The notes under the pieces: generated by a model | Told to the model about the DNA's origin: nothing | Databases searched by the model: none | Seen by the model: the letters and a program-made list of their open reading frames with translations, nothing else | Shown: in pieces, positions 61,370-64,000 of the stretch | Numbering within the stretch: the stretch's first letter is position 1 | How the letters are laid out: each line of letters begins with the position of its first letter | Made by a program: the position numbers and the translations under genes | Origin: Candidatus Pelearchaeum maunauluense | GTDB lineage: Archaea; Thermoproteota; Nitrososphaeria_A; Caldarchaeales; Caldarchaeaceae | Length of the DNA stretch: 64,000 bases | Assembly: GCA_030059675.1 (NCBI GenBank) | Contig: JANVYQ010000001.1 | Location: 288,001 to 352,000, forward strand | Direction: 5' to 3'

Positions 61370-61787
61370 CTTCACTCTCACAAAGCCTGAAGCATCATAC
61401 CTCAGCGAGGTTTATAGGATTATTGAGGAAGGGCGCGAGCCTGCTGTAACGCTACTGGCCTCGCGTTTTGGTGTTAAGCTCCCCACGGTTATAGATGTTC
61501 TTAAGAAGCTGGAGAGGAAGGGGCTGCTTGTTAGGGAGAAGTGGCGCGCTCCGAAGCTCACGCGCACAGGCGTTAGGGTGGCATCCTCAATACTTCACCG
61601 CCATAGGATTATAGAGCTTTACTTCAGCAGAAAACTAGGGCTGGCGCAACAGCTAGCGTGCCGCGAGGCTGCCAAGATAGACTACCTCCTCGACGATGTG
61701 GTGGTGGCTAGGATGTGTAAGGAGCTTAACCGCCCAGCCATGTGCTTCCACATGAAGCCCATCAACCACACGCGCTGCAAGAGGTGA
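61362..61787 (+). CDS. DtxR/MntR-family metal-dependent repressor
   Basis: YLSEVY, LASRFGVKLPTV..LKKL, HRHRIIELYF, CFHMKPI. Confidence 0.87.
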   Translation: MSNFTLTKPEASYLSEVYRIIEEGREPAVTLLASRFGVKLPTVIDVLKKLERKGLLVREKWRAPKLTRTGVRVASSILHRHRIIELYFSRKLGLAQQLACREAAKIDYLLDDVVVARMCKELNRPAMCFHMKPINHTRCKR

Positions 61788-62492
61788 GTGGTCATGCTTT
61801 TCTTAATCCTGGCCTTCATCCCGTTTTTAGCCGATGCCATGCTGGCCGTCTTGCTACGCGACAGGCAGCTAACAGCCAACTACGTGAGGTATGTCATAGC
61901 CTTGTCCGCTGGCCTAGTTATTTCGGCCGCGTTCTTTGAGCTTCTCCCAGAAGCCAACATAGAGGCCAACGCGGTCTTCGTTGCTCTGGGCTTCTTCATC
62001 TTCTACCTAGTTGAGAAGACTACCATGCTTCACGCCTGCGGCGAGGAGGAGTGCGAGGCTCATAGCCTTGGGCGGCTCACCGCAATAGGCATGGCCTCTG
62101 ATAACGTGGTAGACGGCTTGGGAATTGCTGTGGCATACCACATAAACCCAATACTGGGGATGATAATAGCGCTAGCAGTCATCTCGCATGAGGTTCCACA
62201 GGCTATAGCCTCGGCCTCGCTGCTGAGAAGAGAGGGGAGACCGCGTAATGAGGTAGTGCTTCTTCTCTCGTTCGCTGGTGCCATGTATCCGCTGGGAGCG
62301 GCGCTCTCGCTCCTCATACCAGAGGAGCTCTACACAATAATAGTAGCATTCGTCGCTGGCGTATTCCTCTACATAGGCGCTGGAGACCTCCTCATGGAAG
62401 CCCATAGACGATTCAACTGGAGGATTATACTCTCAGTCCTCCTGGGTGGAGCGATAATGTTCATGACGGGCACGGTGCTCCACACCGTCTAG
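61788..62492 (+). CDS. ZIP-family metal transporter
   Basis: FFELLPEA, DNVVDG, HEVPQ, AGVFLYI...DLL.E. Confidence 0.88.
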   Translation: MVMLFLILAFIPFLADAMLAVLLRDRQLTANYVRYVIALSAGLVISAAFFELLPEANIEANAVFVALGFFIFYLVEKTTMLHACGEEECEAHSLGRLTAIGMASDNVVDGLGIAVAYHINPILGMIIALAVISHEVPQAIASASLLRREGRPRNEVVLLLSFAGAMYPLGAALSLLIPEELYTIIVAFVAGVFLYIGAGDLLMEAHRRFNWRIILSVLLGGAIMFMTGTVLHTV

Positions 62493-62530
62493 GGGGAGCG
62501 TATATTTGCTGGGCTAAAGGCTGAGAATGT

Positions 62531-63685
62531 ATGCGGCAGGTAGCGATAGTGGGTGTGGGGATGACGAAGATGGGGAAGAGCGATAAGAACGTCGTTGAGC
62601 TACTCGCGGAGGCCGCGCTGAAAGCTATGGACGACGCAGGTGTAGGCGAAGGGTTTGACGAGGTCTTCGTCGGCAACATGGCCGCTGGCGAGTTTGAGGG
62701 CATGTCTGGATTAGGCAGCGCACTCGTGAGCATGCTCTCGCTGGAGCCAACGCCAGCGATGAGGATAGAGAACATGACCGCCAGCGGAGCTTCAGCAATA
62801 CACGCTGGCTGGCTCTCAATAGCGTCTGGGAAGTCCAGTCTCGTACTGGTAGCGGGAGGAGAGAAGATGACATCAGCAACAACCGAGAAGACGGCAGACA
62901 TAGTGGCGAGCTTCACCCATCCAGCGGAGCGCGACCAGGGGGTAACGCTCCCAGCGCTTGTGGCGATGGCGGCGCGCACATACCTTGAGAGATACAACGC
63001 CCCGCGCGAGTCTCTGGCATACGTAGCTGTGAAGAACCATCATAACGGCTCGCTAAACCCCCTAGCCCAGTTCCAGCGCAGGATAACGGTGGAGGAAGCG
63101 CTAGGCTCTCCAGTAATATGCGACCCGCTGAGGCTATATGATTTCTGCCCAATCTCAGACGGCGCGGCCGCGCTCGTACTAGCGCCGCTGGAGGAAGCTG
63201 GTAAATACACGGATAAGCCTGTTAAGATTACTGGTATAGGAGCCGCTACCGACACCCACGCCGTACAGGAGCGCGACGACATAACGCGGATGGACGCTGT
63301 GCGTATAGCTGGTGAGAAGGCGTATAGGATGTCTGGGAGAAAGCCCCGCGACGTTGATGTAGCGGAACTACATGACATGGCTACCGTCCTTGAGATTATG
63401 ATTGCGGAGGAGCTGGGCTTCTTTGAGCGCGGCGCTGGATGGCGGGAGATTGAGCGCGGCGCGGCAGACCTAGGGGGTGAGCTTCCGATAAACACCAGCG
63501 GCGGCCTGAAGGCGCGCGGCCACCCGCTAGGGGGGACAGGTGTAGCCCAGGTAGTTGAGCTAGTGATGCAGCTCCAAGGAAGATGCGGAGAGCGCCAGGC
63601 TGGAGAGCCGCGTATAGGGCTTGCATGCAACCTCGCGGGCTTCGCCAACGCCGCGGCTGTAACGATAGTTGAGCGCGGCTGGTGA
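62531..63685 (+). CDS. SCP2-type thiolase-fold protein lacking the nucleophilic Cys
   Basis: GGEKM, AVKNH.NG..NP.AQ, CPISDGAAA, ELHD, NTSGGLKARGHP.G.TG; ENMTASG at the usual ENACASG site. Confidence 0.85.
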   Translation: MRQVAIVGVGMTKMGKSDKNVVELLAEAALKAMDDAGVGEGFDEVFVGNMAAGEFEGMSGLGSALVSMLSLEPTPAMRIENMTASGASAIHAGWLSIASGKSSLVLVAGGEKMTSATTEKTADIVASFTHPAERDQGVTLPALVAMAARTYLERYNAPRESLAYVAVKNHHNGSLNPLAQFQRRITVEEALGSPVICDPLRLYDFCPISDGAAALVLAPLEEAGKYTDKPVKITGIGAATDTHAVQERDDITRMDAVRIAGEKAYRMSGRKPRDVDVAELHDMATVLEIMIAEELGFFERGAGWREIERGAADLGGELPINTSGGLKARGHPLGGTGVAQVVELVMQLQGRCGERQAGEPRIGLACNLAGFANAAAVTIVERGW

Positions 63686-64000
63686 TGATCGTGTCCAGCA
63701 TAGTCGCCTACCGCTGCCAAGAATGCGGCCATACATCAACAATCAAGAGGCTGCGGTGCAGAAAGTGTAGGGGGAGGGCTTTCGTGGAGGTGAGGCTGGA
63801 GCGGGGGGTGTTGATAACATACACGGTGATGAACGTGGTGCGGCCTGGCTACGCGAAGCCGCTCACAATAGGGGTGGCCGAGTTCGGGGAAGGCGTTAAG
63901 ACTCTTGCACAGCTTGCGGTAAATAACCCGCGTGTGGGTATGAGAGTAAAGCCAACACAAGCAGCGCTACGGAAAACAGAGGGCGGCGAGCTTCTGGGGA
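63685..64000 (+). CDS. DUF35 Zn-ribbon/OB-fold protein (partial)
   Basis: Manual translation YRCQECGH...RCRKC...GVLITYTV...GVAEF...VGMRVK; overlaps the thiolase stop. Confidence 0.85.
   Translation, partial: MIVSSIVAYRCQECGHTSTIKRLRCRKCRGRAFVEVRLERGVLITYTVMNVVRPGYAKPLTIGVAEFGEGVKTLAQLAVNNPRVGMRVKPTQAALRKTEGGELLG

Overview
64 kb of chromosome from a thermophilic archaeon. Support for this: an intron-containing tRNA-Tyr, TATA-type promoters, a PINA helicase and archaeal ATPase-wHTH genes. The gene content suggests an Aigarchaeota/Caldarchaeales-like lineage, which is an inference. A few core genes (PINA, hisC, leuB-like, thrB, aceA, tRNA-Gly, tRNA-Tyr) sit among many accessory modules. These are: a DUF917/hydantoinase/racemase/ABC operon; a deleted tailed-provirus remnant with a dead VapBC pair; a MaoC + 2-hydroxyisobutyrate-CoA-ligase-like + B12 acyl-CoA mutase cluster; a decayed channel-HAD-GT4 (trehalose-type) operon; a NitT/TauT ABC transporter; a low-GC membrane/copper island; an LLM-nucleotidyltransferase-2TM-phosphoesterase-APC cluster; a decayed KDG kinase/aldolase pair; and a DtxR-ZIP/VIT1 metal module. 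The best candidate for an undescribed system is the B12 mutase cluster (12.6-16.5 kb), because the mutase has non-canonical specificity residues. Second is the NTase/phosphoesterase cluster (44-51 kb). All calls come from reading motifs by eye; no database searches were run.
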